A stretch of DNA of 64,000 bases. It comes from Candidatus Altimarinota bacterium. Lineage in GTDB: Bacteria; Patescibacteriota; Gracilibacteria; UBA1369; GCA-2718715. Below the pieces are notes generated by a model that was not told where the DNA came from, did no database searches, and saw only the letters and a program-made list of their open reading frames with translations. The position numbers and the translations under genes were made by a program. The stretch covers positions 640,001-704,000 of the forward strand of contig JBESAV010000001.1 of NCBI GenBank assembly GCA_041242255.1, given 5' to 3'. This document shows, piece by piece, positions 25,073 to 35,072 of the stretch (position 1 is its first letter; each line of letters starts with the position of its first letter).

Positions 25073-25996
25073 ATGGCTAAAAAAACAGCAGCAATTTCCA
25101 TCAAAAACCTAGATAAAACTTATCTCACTGGAACCAAAGCCCTCCAAAACGTATCACTCGATATAAAGCAAGGAGACTTTTTTGGTTTACTAGGATCAAA
25201 CGGAGCAGGAAAAACAACTATGATCGGATGTATCACAAGTCTAGTCCAAAAAACTGGAGGAAAGATTCAGGTCCACGGAATAGATATAGATAAAGATTTT
25301 GGTAAAGCTAAAAGCTTCATAGGTGTCGTTCCTCAAGAATTCAATTTTCATATTTTTGAAACTGTCTTAAACATTGTTTGTTATCAAGCAGGGTTTTATG
25401 GTATCGAAAGAGATGAAGCAGAGAAAAGAGCTGAACCTATTCTAAAGCGCCTAAATCTTTGGCAAAAAAAAGATGAGCAAGCCCGTAATTTATCAGGAGG
25501 GATGAAAAGACGCCTTATGATTGCAAGAGCCCTGATTCATAAACCAAAGCTACTTATACTAGATGAACCCACAGCAGGGGTCGATGTAGAACTTAGGGTT
25601 GATATGTGGGAATATTTAAAAAAACTCAATAAAGAAGGTCTAACTATCCTACTCACAACTCATTACCTAGAGGAAGCCGAGCAACTAACTAATCAAATCG
25701 CAATCCTCCAAAACGGTAAGCTTATAGAGAATAAGCCAACTAAGGAACTACTCACTACCCTCAACGAAGAAACTTATGTTATAAATTTCTCCAAGAAGCC
25801 ATCCAAAAAGCTAATCCAGAAACTCAATCTTACTCAAGTTGATGATGAAACAACTTTCGAGGTAACTCTAAAACAGAAAGATACAATCTCTAGCTTTATA
25901 TCAAAAATACCATCGTCAGATGCCGAAGTTCTAGACATTCGACCTAAAGGAAATCGCCTAGAACAACTTTACTTACAATTAACTTCTAAAAAATAA
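25073..25996 (+). CDS. ABC transporter ATP-binding protein (YadG-like)
   Basis: GSNGAGKTT, LSGGMKRR, ILDEPTAGVD, LTTHYLEEAE. Confidence 0.95.
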   Translation: MAKKTAAISIKNLDKTYLTGTKALQNVSLDIKQGDFFGLLGSNGAGKTTMIGCITSLVQKTGGKIQVHGIDIDKDFGKAKSFIGVVPQEFNFHIFETVLNIVCYQAGFYGIERDEAEKRAEPILKRLNLWQKKDEQARNLSGGMKRRLMIARALIHKPKLLILDEPTAGVDVELRVDMWEYLKKLNKEGLTILLTTHYLEEAEQLTNQIAILQNGKLIENKPTKELLTTLNEETYVINFSKKPSKKLIQKLNLTQVDDETTFEVTLKQKDTISSFISKIPSSDAEVLDIRPKGNRLEQLYLQLTSKK

Positions 25997-26766
25997 TGCT
26001 ATCTCAACAACTGATTTCTTACAAAACAATTGTCACGAAAGAAATAAAAAGATACATCCGCATTTGGACTCAAACTCTACTTCCTCCAGTTATCAACCAA
26101 ACACTGTATTTCTTGATCTTTGGTTCATTCATCGGAAGCCAAATAGGGGACTTAGACGGATTCACCTACATGGAGTTCATAGTTCCTGGTCTGATAATGA
26201 TGTCTATCATAAATTCAAGTTTCCAAAACGTCGTAGGATCATTCTACATAGCTAAATTTCAAAACAGTATTGAAGAATTACTCGTTTCTCCAACTAGCAA
26301 CCTTACCATAATTGCCGGATACATAACAGGTGGTGTCACTAGAGGATTGTTGGTAGGATTCCTAGTTTTCCTTGTCTCATTATTCTTCACAGATATAAGT
26401 GTCTACAGTCCAATCACAGTCATAATATTCTCAACACTTACAAGTTGCCTTTTCTCAATGCTAGCCTTAATCAACGCAATTTTCGCAAAAAACTTCGACC
26501 ATACTAGTATAGTAACTACTTTTGTGCTTACACCTCTCACCTATCTTGGTGGAGTATTTTACTCAATCGACAGATTACCTCAAATCTGGCAAACCATTTC
26601 CCAATTCAACCCGATTGTATATATGATTGATGGAATTAGATTTGGATTCCTAGGAATAAACACATATTCAGTCTATTTAAGCATCTCAATAATCACACTG
26701 CTTTTAGTATTCACAACAGTATTAGCCTATTACTTTATCAAAAAGAGTCACGGCCTAAGAAGTTAA
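25996..26766 (+). CDS. ABC-2 permease (YadH-like)
   Basis: RIWTQTLLPPVI, FIVPGLIMM, LTPLTYLGGVFYS, NPIVYMI. TAATG coupling to the ATPase gene. Confidence 0.93.
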   Translation: MLSQQLISYKTIVTKEIKRYIRIWTQTLLPPVINQTLYFLIFGSFIGSQIGDLDGFTYMEFIVPGLIMMSIINSSFQNVVGSFYIAKFQNSIEELLVSPTSNLTIIAGYITGGVTRGLLVGFLVFLVSLFFTDISVYSPITVIIFSTLTSCLFSMLALINAIFAKNFDHTSIVTTFVLTPLTYLGGVFYSIDRLPQIWQTISQFNPIVYMIDGIRFGFLGINTYSVYLSISIITLLLVFTTVLAYYFIKKSHGLRS

Positions 26767-28142
26767 TCCAGCTCAGAAGCATCCAAATAAGGCATGGGGT
26801 CAACATTGACTCCATCTTTTATGACTTCAAAGTGCAAGTGAGCCCCTGTAGTCAGGTAACCCGCTCCACGAGTGCCAGGAGCACCACCAGATAAACCTAT
26901 TATGTCTCCTCTGGCTACAGTATCACCCTCTTCTAGGAAGATATCATACATGTGACCATACAGAGTCATTAGTCCATCAGAATGACCAATCAATATATAA
27001 TGATAGTCGTTTCCTTCGCCACCTTTTACCTTGAATACAACTCCAGGTGCAGCAGCCTGTACAGACGTACCAGAGTTCGTAGGTATATCAATTGCATAAT
27101 GATCAATACCCAAGGCAGCCCTGTATCCAGAATCTTTAAAAGTAGCAGATAAACCTAAAGTCGGAAGAACCGGCCAACTCAAAAAAGTTGCATCATCTTC
27201 TAGCTCTTCAGCTCCAGTAAGTTCTTCTATTAAACCTCTGTACTCCTTATACTTAGATATTTGGGAAACTATCTCCTGCCTTAGTACAGCTTGCTCAGTC
27301 TTAGCTTTCTGTATCAAGTTCTCATAAATAGCTTGTTCACCCCTTGTAGCTTCCAAAAGATTATCTTTAGCAATACGTTGAATCTGCAATTCAGACTTTT
27401 GCACCTTAAGGCTTTCAGCTAAAGCTAGTTTCTCTTCTTTTAGGTTAGTGAATTTATCATATAGTTCGTTTAGCTCCTCTTTATCAGATTCAAGCCTCTC
27501 CAGAGTTAGTTGCATATAGTTCTCAATTGTTGAAATGCTTTCCACATCTTCCAAAATCTTATCTGCATCATCCTCAGCTAGCAAAAGCTTTATAGTCTGA
27601 AGTTCATCATTATCAAAAAAACCAGCTTCATTAGTTTCAAAATAAAGCATCTCCATCATAAACAACAATTGTTGCACATTATAAGATATCTCTACATCAA
27701 GTTCAGCGATAGTCTCACGAGTCACATCTAATGTATCATTTATACTATCTATCCTATCGTTAGTTTCTTCAATATCGTCTGTTAGTATATCAATCTTATC
27801 ATCCAAACCATCTATGACCTCTTCAAGCTCTAGTATGTCTTCGTTTATATCTTTCAGCCTAGTCTCAAGGTATGAAGTTTGGTTAATTGACTTACGCAAG
27901 TCATCTTGAGCAGAGTTAACTTCCTCTTTAGCCTCAAGGAATTTTTCATTTAAAAGCTTTAATTCCTCCTCATCTTCTTCTGTTTCAAGAGTATCCTCCT
28001 CGTCACTATCACTACTTTCTTCAACTTGATTAGGCTCTTTATTCTCAGGATTTTCAGTTTCAGTTACTACATTATTTGCAAGAACTGAGCTTACTGGTAG
28101 ACCAAGAGCCAGCAATAGTATTAGTAATTTTCTTATTTTCAT
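26763..28142 (-). CDS. secreted coiled-coil M23 peptidase
   Basis: Signal peptide, long acidic coiled coil, HYAID, YGHM, HLHFEV. Confidence 0.9.
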   Translation of the reverse strand: MKIRKLLILLLALGLPVSSVLANNVVTETENPENKEPNQVEESSDSDEEDTLETEEDEEELKLLNEKFLEAKEEVNSAQDDLRKSINQTSYLETRLKDINEDILELEEVIDGLDDKIDILTDDIEETNDRIDSINDTLDVTRETIAELDVEISYNVQQLLFMMEMLYFETNEAGFFDNDELQTIKLLLAEDDADKILEDVESISTIENYMQLTLERLESDKEELNELYDKFTNLKEEKLALAESLKVQKSELQIQRIAKDNLLEATRGEQAIYENLIQKAKTEQAVLRQEIVSQISKYKEYRGLIEELTGAEELEDDATFLSWPVLPTLGLSATFKDSGYRAALGIDHYAIDIPTNSGTSVQAAAPGVVFKVKGGEGNDYHYILIGHSDGLMTLYGHMYDIFLEEGDTVARGDIIGLSGGAPGTRGAGYLTTGAHLHFEVIKDGVNVDPMPYLDASELD

Positions 28143-28234
28143 TTCAATTTTTAGACGGCCTCATTATAAAGAAAAACTTGCCAAAGCCAACATATTCGAA
28201 TATATTCACAATGTTCAGTTTAACTATCTAAACA

Positions 28235-28507
28235 ATGGCTAAAAAGAAAGCGGGTGGAACCGCCAAGAACCTCCGGGACTCCCAGTCGAAGCGGCTTGGT
28301 GTCAAACTATTCGGAGGCCAAACATGTTCATCAGGAAACATTATAGTTAGACAAAGAGGTACTAAGTTCAGACCTGGTAAAAACGTTGGGATGGGTAAAG
28401 ACCACACTTTGTTTGCAACTTCTGATGGAAAAATCAATTTTTACAGAAAAAAAGTAACTAAATTTAACGGAAGAAAATACGAAAAAGTATTCGTTGAAGT
28501 AATCTAA
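28235..28507 (+). CDS. rpmA: 50S ribosomal protein L27
   Basis: MAKKKAGG...[11 protein letters not shown]...[11 protein letters not shown]...GKDHTLFA. Confidence 0.98.
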   Translation: MAKKKAGGTAKNLRDSQSKRLGVKLFGGQTCSSGNIIVRQRGTKFRPGKNVGMGKDHTLFATSDGKINFYRKKVTKFNGRKYEKVFVEVI

Positions 28508-28515
28508 ACAACTAG

Positions 28516-29127
28516 ATGAACAATTTAGAGAATTTTCATGTTAATGAAGGCGCCGATAATATAGATTCCGGTGCCTTTGAACGTTTAAGGGAAAAAATGG
28601 CTCAAGCAAGAGCTCAGATTAAACGTGATAAAAAACAAGAAGCATCTCAAGTTAAAAAGGATGATATCTTATTTAATGTTCTCATTGAATTCATTAAACA
28701 CTTTCCATCTGATCATCCACTAGTTAAAGGTATCGTCTCTTGTCTTTCTTCAAATGTACCAAGTTTAGTGATCCTTAGCGTAATATCGCTAAACTATAGC
28801 TCTATTGCAAAAGCAATACCTGTTCCTGAAGATGCCAAAGAGATTCAGATAGCTCAAATACCCGATATCAATAAACTTGTTAATTGGTTAAAAAAAGTAA
28901 ATTACTCTCTTTCTGATATAAAAGCCTCAGATATACCAAAAGTTTATCCAAAAGGGGAGTTAAGCCCAAGTTTACGAGGTTTAATTGTTCATACACTATC
29001 AGAGTTCTTCAAAACCATACCTGAGGAGGAGTTGTCAGTAGAGAAAGTAGAGGGTTATACCCAATCAATTCTTACCCAAATCCACAAACCTGATCTAACT
29101 CAGAAGACAGATGAGCTTACTGACTGA
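28516..29127 (+). CDS. hypothetical protein (203 aa)
   Basis: ORF between rpmA and the bolA-like gene; N-terminal coiled coil. Confidence 0.75.
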   Translation: MNNLENFHVNEGADNIDSGAFERLREKMAQARAQIKRDKKQEASQVKKDDILFNVLIEFIKHFPSDHPLVKGIVSCLSSNVPSLVILSVISLNYSSIAKAIPVPEDAKEIQIAQIPDINKLVNWLKKVNYSLSDIKASDIPKVYPKGELSPSLRGLIVHTLSEFFKTIPEEELSVEKVEGYTQSILTQIHKPDLTQKTDELTD

Positions 29128-29341
29128 TATTCACAACACACTAGAACAAGATCTATCTCCTAACCATCTACAGGTAATAGATGAAAGAGGGGATGGCCAG
29201 CACATAAAGGTAGAAATTTGCACGGATCTTTTTAACGGTTTGCCTTTAATAAAAAAACATAAATTAGTCTATAAATCTTTAGATAAATTTTTAAAGAATG
29301 ACCTGATTCATGCCGTAAAAATAAACATTACCAATGAATAA
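29111..29341 (+). CDS. BolA/IbaG family protein
   Basis: GDGQH, F.G..LIK.HKLVY, IHA. Confidence 0.9.
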   Translation: MSLLTDIHNTLEQDLSPNHLQVIDERGDGQHIKVEICTDLFNGLPLIKKHKLVYKSLDKFLKNDLIHAVKINITNE

Positions 29342-29639
29342 AGAAAAAATAGAAAGTTTATTATCAGATAACAAGATAATACTCTTTATGAAGGGCGACA
29401 AATTTATGCCAAAGTGTGGTTTTTCAATGAATGCATTAGAAATAATCAAAAAATTAACTGACGACTTCATCACTTATGACATTCTAGAAGACGAAGAATT
29501 AAGGTCAGATCTAAAAATCTATTCAGAGTGGCCAACCTACCCCCAGCTTTACATCAATCAAGAGCTAATAGGTGGGTCTGACATAATAAAAGACTTATAC
29601 TTAAGCGGAGACCTTGAGAAGTTAATTCAAGAAGCATGA
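29334..29639 (+). CDS. grxD: monothiol glutaredoxin Grx4
   Basis: LFMKG...PKCGFS, WPTYPQLYI, IGGSDI. Confidence 0.95.
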   Translation: MNKEKIESLLSDNKIILFMKGDKFMPKCGFSMNALEIIKKLTDDFITYDILEDEELRSDLKIYSEWPTYPQLYINQELIGGSDIIKDLYLSGDLEKLIQEA

Positions 29640-30262
29640 AGCCAATAACAAAAATCACCAAGCACTGGCCAGTCCAAAAAATTCTCGATGAAGTTCCAGG
29701 CAGCGTTGATTGCATGATTGAAGCAGGTTTAGACTGCTTTGCTTGCAACTCTGATAAATCTGAGACTCTAGAGGAAGGTATGAAATCCCATGGCTTGAGT
29801 GATGAAGATGTACTTAAAATGGTTGATGAAATAAATAAGTCTTGGCAAAGTCATAGAATGAAACAGCTCAAAAAACCTAAAGATTCTGACTTTACAATTA
29901 TAGAGGTTACTGAGGGCAATAAAGTTTATTATAAGATTGGAGGCTTAATGCTTACTCAAAAAGCACATCAGGCTATTCTTCAACTAAAACCCGAAGGTAA
30001 AAACTATATAAAAATTCTACTAGAAGCTGGAGGTTGCTCAGGTTACTCTTATGAATATAGTTACACTGATTCTAGCGACTTAGAGGATGGATTTGTATTC
30101 AGATTAGATGATTCCATCAGCTTGTTAACGAATTTATTTACGTTTAACAAACTTTTAGGCTCTGTAATTGATTTTGAGTCAGGACTACAAGGTAGCGGAT
30201 TAGTCTTTCACAACCCAAACTCAAAACAAAACTGCCATTGCGGAGTATCTGTAAATTTCTAA
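29636..30262 (+). CDS. DUF1858-like domain fused to HesB/IscA/ErpA A-type Fe-S carrier
   Basis: N-terminal ITK...I.D..P......GLDCFAC....ETLEEG...HG; C-terminal GGCSG and NPN...CHCGVS. Confidence 0.85.
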   Translation: MKPITKITKHWPVQKILDEVPGSVDCMIEAGLDCFACNSDKSETLEEGMKSHGLSDEDVLKMVDEINKSWQSHRMKQLKKPKDSDFTIIEVTEGNKVYYKIGGLMLTQKAHQAILQLKPEGKNYIKILLEAGGCSGYSYEYSYTDSSDLEDGFVFRLDDSISLLTNLFTFNKLLGSVIDFESGLQGSGLVFHNPNSKQNCHCGVSVNF

Positions 30263-30483
30263 GAACCTTCTATCTCTTGAAGTTTCTTTTCTGCAACCTC
30301 GATAAACCTTTTCAAATGAGAAGGTGTAAAAGTAATACCATCTAAAATCTCCCCTCCAGACTTAGGGAATACAGTAATAGACTCTTTGTTAGTTACAAAA
30401 AGTACAGAGTGCGCAAAGTGAGCTCTTCTATTAGGAAAAAGGTCCTCTTGAAGATTCTTAGGGTCAAAATTTTTATTATTCAT
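30259..30483 (-). CDS. small hypothetical protein (74 aa; weak DUF3467-like TPxHxKR)
   Basis: Start taken as ATG 30483 because the ORF-track extension overlaps tRNA-His. Confidence 0.6.
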   Translation of the reverse strand: MNNKNFDPKNLQEDLFPNRRAHFAHSVLFVTNKESITVFPKSGGEILDGITFTPSHLKRFIEVAEKKLQEIEGS

Positions 30484-30497
30484 GATTTTTTTTAAAG

Positions 30498-30575
30498 TGG
30501 GGTGACTGATGGGATTCGAACCCACGGCCCTCGGAACCACAACCCGATGCTCTAACCAACTGAGCTACAGCCACC
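30498..30575 (-). tRNA. tRNA-His(GTG)
   Basis: Reverse complement G-1 GTGGCTGTAGCTCAGTTGGTTAGAGCA-TCGGG-TTGTGGT-TCCGA...GTTCGAATCC...CACCCCA. Confidence 0.97.
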
Positions 30576-30623
30576 ATATTTACTATGACAATGTAATAAA
30601 TCCTAGCAAAATTGCAAGTAATT

Positions 30624-30730
30624 AAAAACCTCGCCGTACAAAGTCACTAACTTGAGTGCGCATTGGGACGAGGCAAAAGAAGTGGGAACAGGATAATAAA
30701 AGCGAAAAGCTGTTACGTCCTATCTCACGA
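30624..30730 (-). ncRNA. candidate unclassified ~105-nt structured RNA
   Basis: GC-richer island with two long hairpins. Upstream TTGTAA-16bp-TAAAAT (30763-30736); last hairpin followed by TTTTT. Confidence 0.5.
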
Positions 30731-30773
30731 ATATTATTTTATATTTTCTGTAACTTTTTACAAGTATAATCAA

Positions 30774-31460
30774 CTACCTATGAAGTACAGTTAAGTCAAA
30801 AGGAGGATTCTCAATATCCCCAAATTTAGACAAAACCTGATCTTTATAGGGTCTTTCAAGTTCAAATTCATATCCATCAAAAACTTTATCCCTTAAAAAG
30901 ATGTATTTACTCTCAACGCTCTTGTTGTTTAGTATGATTTGTCTAAACTCTGGTCCATACTTTACATACATTAAGAATGTTTCAGCAAAGTCTTCCTCAT
31001 CCTTCTGAGAACCATATCCAGACAATTCGCCACCATTAATCTTGTAGTATTCTTCCATTGCTCCTTCCTCAACATAGTTAAATGAAACTATATGACCAAG
31101 CTCATGGATCAAGACATTCTCCATTACATCTAGATTTTTCATACATCTCAACCAAATTTTTTCATGAGAAGCTAGGCCTCGCCTTAAATCTAAACGATGA
31201 TGAATAGTAACTTTATCTAGACCAGTCGTATAAGGGTCAAACCTATCAAGAACTGCTTGAGAAACACGCCGACAATTTTCAGTGTCTTCCTCCTTAAGAT
31301 CTTGGTCTAAAACAGCATCTTCTGCAGAATACATCAATAAATCATCATGCTGCATCATTGAGGCTCTGCTTCTAGTTTCTCTAATCAAACCCAATAGACA
31401 GTAGGTAACAATAAATCCAAGAAAAATTATCATCATAAAATCAACCCAACCTCTTCTCAT
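30774..31460 (-). CDS. membrane-anchored putative zinc metallopeptidase
   Basis: N-terminal TM, HELGH, later SGYG...EEDFAETF. Confidence 0.8.
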   Translation of the reverse strand: MRRGWVDFMMIIFLGFIVTYCLLGLIRETRSRASMMQHDDLLMYSAEDAVLDQDLKEEDTENCRRVSQAVLDRFDPYTTGLDKVTIHHRLDLRRGLASHEKIWLRCMKNLDVMENVLIHELGHIVSFNYVEEGAMEEYYKINGGELSGYGSQKDEEDFAETFLMYVKYGPEFRQIILNNKSVESKYIFLRDKVFDGYEFELERPYKDQVLSKFGDIENPPFDLTVLHR

Positions 31461-31507
31461 ATAATCTATTTATAAGAGAGGTAATTTATACTTAATTTAA
31501 GCTTTTG

Positions 31508-33607
31508 TCAAAGCTTAGAGTCAAACCTTATATCCTTTGAGTAAAACACATACTTACTAAGATCGACATTTCTTTTAGCCTTCAAGACAACATTATTTGG
31601 AAGCTCAACCATCTCTGGTTTCTTCTCATCACGCTTTTCACCTAAAGTCTGAACTTTAATCTTCTCACTTTGCAAATCTAATGATTTCCCAGTTTGCTTA
31701 TCAATTACTTCAAAGTCAGAGAAAAGCTCTTCTCTTCTTGGAACAGCTACCGAATTTGTATAAGGAGTATGCGAACTACTAACAGTATCAAACAAAGAAT
31801 CAAGCTGTATAGTTCTACCCTTCTCCAGATCTATTCTTTTACTAAAGCTTAATTTCTTCTTCAAAACAGATTTCTTAGCTTCTCGACTTGATTTTACATA
31901 CCTTTCAAATTCTCGATCACTACTAATAATATCTGAATTTTTGATATACCTAGTCGGGTAAAGCCCTTCCAACTCTTCTATTTGGTCTAATCTCGACTCA
32001 TAACTATTAGTTTCATCAACTTTTTGGTTTCCTCTAAACCTCTCATTTTCAAAAGTGAATTCAGGATCTAGAGCTAAGAATCTTAAAACTACATCCCTAT
32101 AAGAAAGCTCACTTCCAGCACTTTGATCAATCTTAACTTTTTGCCATAGTAGTTTCATTTCATTTTTAACTTCTTCTGGGATGTTTTTCATTTTATAAAT
32201 AGACTCTTTACCTTTCCTTTCAGGATTATATCTATTCATAAACATATCAATACCAAGGTATGTATTAGCCACATCTAAATCTTTACCATCTATGTAGTTT
32301 ACCCATTCTTTTGAGTCACTTTTGTTATTTGAAACTTTATTTATAACTTCAGAAAACTCTAAATTATATATTCTAGGGTTATACATTGTTTCTATAAAGC
32401 TCCCGGCACCATAAATTTCCTCTTCAGATGGTTCAGAGTTCTTCAAAAACTCAGCATAGTCTTTAGCTTTAACCATATTATTCATTTTCTCATAATCTTT
32501 ACTGTACTCTTTTTCATAAATATCAGAGACCAAGTTTACTCCAACATAAGCAGCTAAAGCAGTACCAACTCCTCTCAAAAGTTTACTAATAGGAGCAAGT
32601 TCTTCAGTATCTTTGTCTCGAGCATTCAAAAGCCCATAACCTAACTTAGCAAACCAAGCAGCCCCAATCAGAGCCACCGCTTTTACAGGCATTGGTGCAT
32701 CTTTAAACTTTTCAAGAATCTCACCACTAACCTCCTTAGTTTTCCCCCATGCTTCCTGATTAAGTTCTGCTACCCCACCTAAGCTAACATCAAAATTCTC
32801 TTTAAAGTCCATACCCCGCTTGCTAGTAGTTCGAGCTAAGACCCCATCCATAAAAGAGTCTAACTTCAAGTCAGTAGTTTTGTAGTTCTTCATAAGAGAC
32901 AATACTCTCAAGATAAAAGTATCAACCCCTTTTGGGTTACGATCATTTCTTAATAAACTCTTATAATTCTCTACCTTTGTCTTCACACCACTTGTTAAGT
33001 TTTGGTCTCCAAGACTTTCTAAAATTTGCAACTTAACTTTACTCGGTAAACTCTTAACTTTTTCCATTCCAAAATTAAGTATATCTTTATCAATACTTTC
33101 CAAGTCCAAGATAACCTGATCTTTGTTTTGGATTACCATTGCTTGCAAGTCAATTTCCTCAGACTTATTACTTACCTGATTATACTTAATTTCATAACTA
33201 GAGGGGTCTACAAGTATTAGATTGGAAGATCCATTAGCAATCTCTTCTTCTGATATATCAGTTGTTAGATATTCAGCTAACTTCTTATCCAATTTAGCCA
33301 AAAGCTTTTCCATCTTCTCCTTATAAACTTTTTCATCATCAATCGTTCCAATCAAAACCATCCTATCTATCTCAGAAGATAAAAAGCCAAATGGGAAAAT
33401 GTACTTTTGATAAATTTTCAATTTGCTCTCCATATAGTCAGATGCATTAGAATCCAATCCATTTATCTCACTTTCAACCCTTTGTTTCATTTCTTTCTTC
33501 ACTTCAGGATCTTTAGCAGTCTCAAGTACTTTAGGGAGATTTTCAGAGTGAACTCCAATTTCTTTCTCTATACCAGCTACTTGATCTTTTACTTTAATTT
33601 TTTCCAT
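31508..33607 (-). CDS. large hypothetical protein with central hydrophobic hairpin (699 aa)
   Basis: Long ORF with two Gly/Ala-rich hydrophobic helices mid-protein. Confidence 0.75.
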   Translation of the reverse strand: MEKIKVKDQVAGIEKEIGVHSENLPKVLETAKDPEVKKEMKQRVESEINGLDSNASDYMESKLKIYQKYIFPFGFLSSEIDRMVLIGTIDDEKVYKEKMEKLLAKLDKKLAEYLTTDISEEEIANGSSNLILVDPSSYEIKYNQVSNKSEEIDLQAMVIQNKDQVILDLESIDKDILNFGMEKVKSLPSKVKLQILESLGDQNLTSGVKTKVENYKSLLRNDRNPKGVDTFILRVLSLMKNYKTTDLKLDSFMDGVLARTTSKRGMDFKENFDVSLGGVAELNQEAWGKTKEVSGEILEKFKDAPMPVKAVALIGAAWFAKLGYGLLNARDKDTEELAPISKLLRGVGTALAAYVGVNLVSDIYEKEYSKDYEKMNNMVKAKDYAEFLKNSEPSEEEIYGAGSFIETMYNPRIYNLEFSEVINKVSNNKSDSKEWVNYIDGKDLDVANTYLGIDMFMNRYNPERKGKESIYKMKNIPEEVKNEMKLLWQKVKIDQSAGSELSYRDVVLRFLALDPEFTFENERFRGNQKVDETNSYESRLDQIEELEGLYPTRYIKNSDIISSDREFERYVKSSREAKKSVLKKKLSFSKRIDLEKGRTIQLDSLFDTVSSSHTPYTNSVAVPRREELFSDFEVIDKQTGKSLDLQSEKIKVQTLGEKRDEKKPEMVELPNNVVLKAKRNVDLSKYVFYSKDIRFDSKL

Positions 33608-33711
33608 GAAAAACTTTAATCATACAATTATAGCACATTTAAGGCTTATCTAAAAGCACATTGATCAAAATATACAAATAGATTATATTGCACAAAAATA
33701 ACTACATATTC

Positions 33712-35010
33712 ATGAGTAAATCTACTATAAACGTTAAAACTTCAAAGACAAAAAACTCTGAAGTAATTTTAAAAATTGAAGTAACTGAAGAAGCTAGAAA
33801 AAGCTTTTACGAAAAAGCAGCAAAAGAAATAAGTCAAAATCTAAACGTAAATGGTTTTAGAAAAGGTCATATCCCTACAAATTTAGTAGAAGAGAAAGTA
33901 GGTAAAGCAACTATACAGGCACATGCATTAGATTTAGCACTGCCAGAAACTTACTCTGCTGCAGTAAAAAAAGAAAAAATTGAGCCAATCGCAATGCCAA
34001 AAGTTGAAATAGACTCTCTTGAAGAAATGAAATACACAGCAACATGCGCTGTTATGCCGGAAATAGAATTAAAGAATTTAGACAAAATCAAAGTAGAATC
34101 AAAACCTGCTAAAGTAGCTAAAAAGGATGTAGACCAAGAAGTAGAAAACATTCTGAAAAGACACACTGAGTGGAAGGTTGTAAAAAGAGCAGCTAAAAAT
34201 GAAGACAGAGCAGAAATAGATTTTTCAGGATTCGATAAAGACGGAAACCCAATTCCAAATACAGAAAGTAAAAACTACCCATTAGTACTTGGATCTGGAG
34301 TGTTTATACCTGGATTTGAAGATAATGTTGAAGGGATGAAAGCTGGTGAAGAAAAGTCTTTCCAAGTTACTTTCCCTAAAGACTATCACGCTGACAACTT
34401 GAAAAATGCTGAGGTTACTTTCAAAGTAAAGGTAAATCAGGTCGAAGAACCATCTACCCCTAAACTTACTGATAAGTTTATCAAAGAAACTCTCAAAAAA
34501 GATCAAAATAAAGAAGATTATCTAAAAGAAATCAAATCTAACCTTCTTAAGCAAAAAGAACACCAAGCAGTGCACGAAGCAGAAAACAAAGTTTTCGAAA
34601 AACTAATCAAAGAAGCAAAAATTGATCTATCAGATATTCTAGTTGAAGAAGAATTAAGAATCATCAAACAAGAAATTCAAGCTGACTTACAGAAAAGAGG
34701 TCAGACATTTGAAAACTTTGAGGCAGACCTTAAAGAAAGAGAAGGAAAGTCATTTGAAGAGCTTTATAAAGAAAAAGCCGAAGAAAGAGTTAAATTAAGA
34801 TTTATAGTTGATCATATTATTAAAACTAAAAAACTTGAGGTATCAGAAAAAGAAATTGAAGCGGATATCAAACAAAAGATAGAAACAGCTGACGAATCCA
34901 TCAAAAAGCATGTTGAGGATTATTACAAACAAAACCCACAAGCTAAACAAAGTATCAAGCAACATATCCTAATGGATAAACTTATCAAACTATTCCTAGA
35001 TAAAAAATAG
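33712..35010 (+). CDS. tig: trigger factor
   Basis: GFRKGHIP; FKBP domain (IDFSG...LGSGVFIPGFED...FPKDYH). ATG 33712 preferred. Confidence 0.97.
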   Translation: MSKSTINVKTSKTKNSEVILKIEVTEEARKSFYEKAAKEISQNLNVNGFRKGHIPTNLVEEKVGKATIQAHALDLALPETYSAAVKKEKIEPIAMPKVEIDSLEEMKYTATCAVMPEIELKNLDKIKVESKPAKVAKKDVDQEVENILKRHTEWKVVKRAAKNEDRAEIDFSGFDKDGNPIPNTESKNYPLVLGSGVFIPGFEDNVEGMKAGEEKSFQVTFPKDYHADNLKNAEVTFKVKVNQVEEPSTPKLTDKFIKETLKKDQNKEDYLKEIKSNLLKQKEHQAVHEAENKVFEKLIKEAKIDLSDILVEEELRIIKQEIQADLQKRGQTFENFEADLKEREGKSFEELYKEKAEERVKLRFIVDHIIKTKKLEVSEKEIEADIKQKIETADESIKKHVEDYYKQNPQAKQSIKQHILMDKLIKLFLDKK

Positions 35011-35072
35011 TTTTAGTTGCATTTGTACTAAATAAATTTTATTGTAGAGGTGTATAAATATTTTACTCTTAA

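Noticed and set aside
30484-30540. N-terminal extension of ORF 30259-30540
   Set aside because: Overlaps tRNA-His; ATG 30483 is the sensible start.
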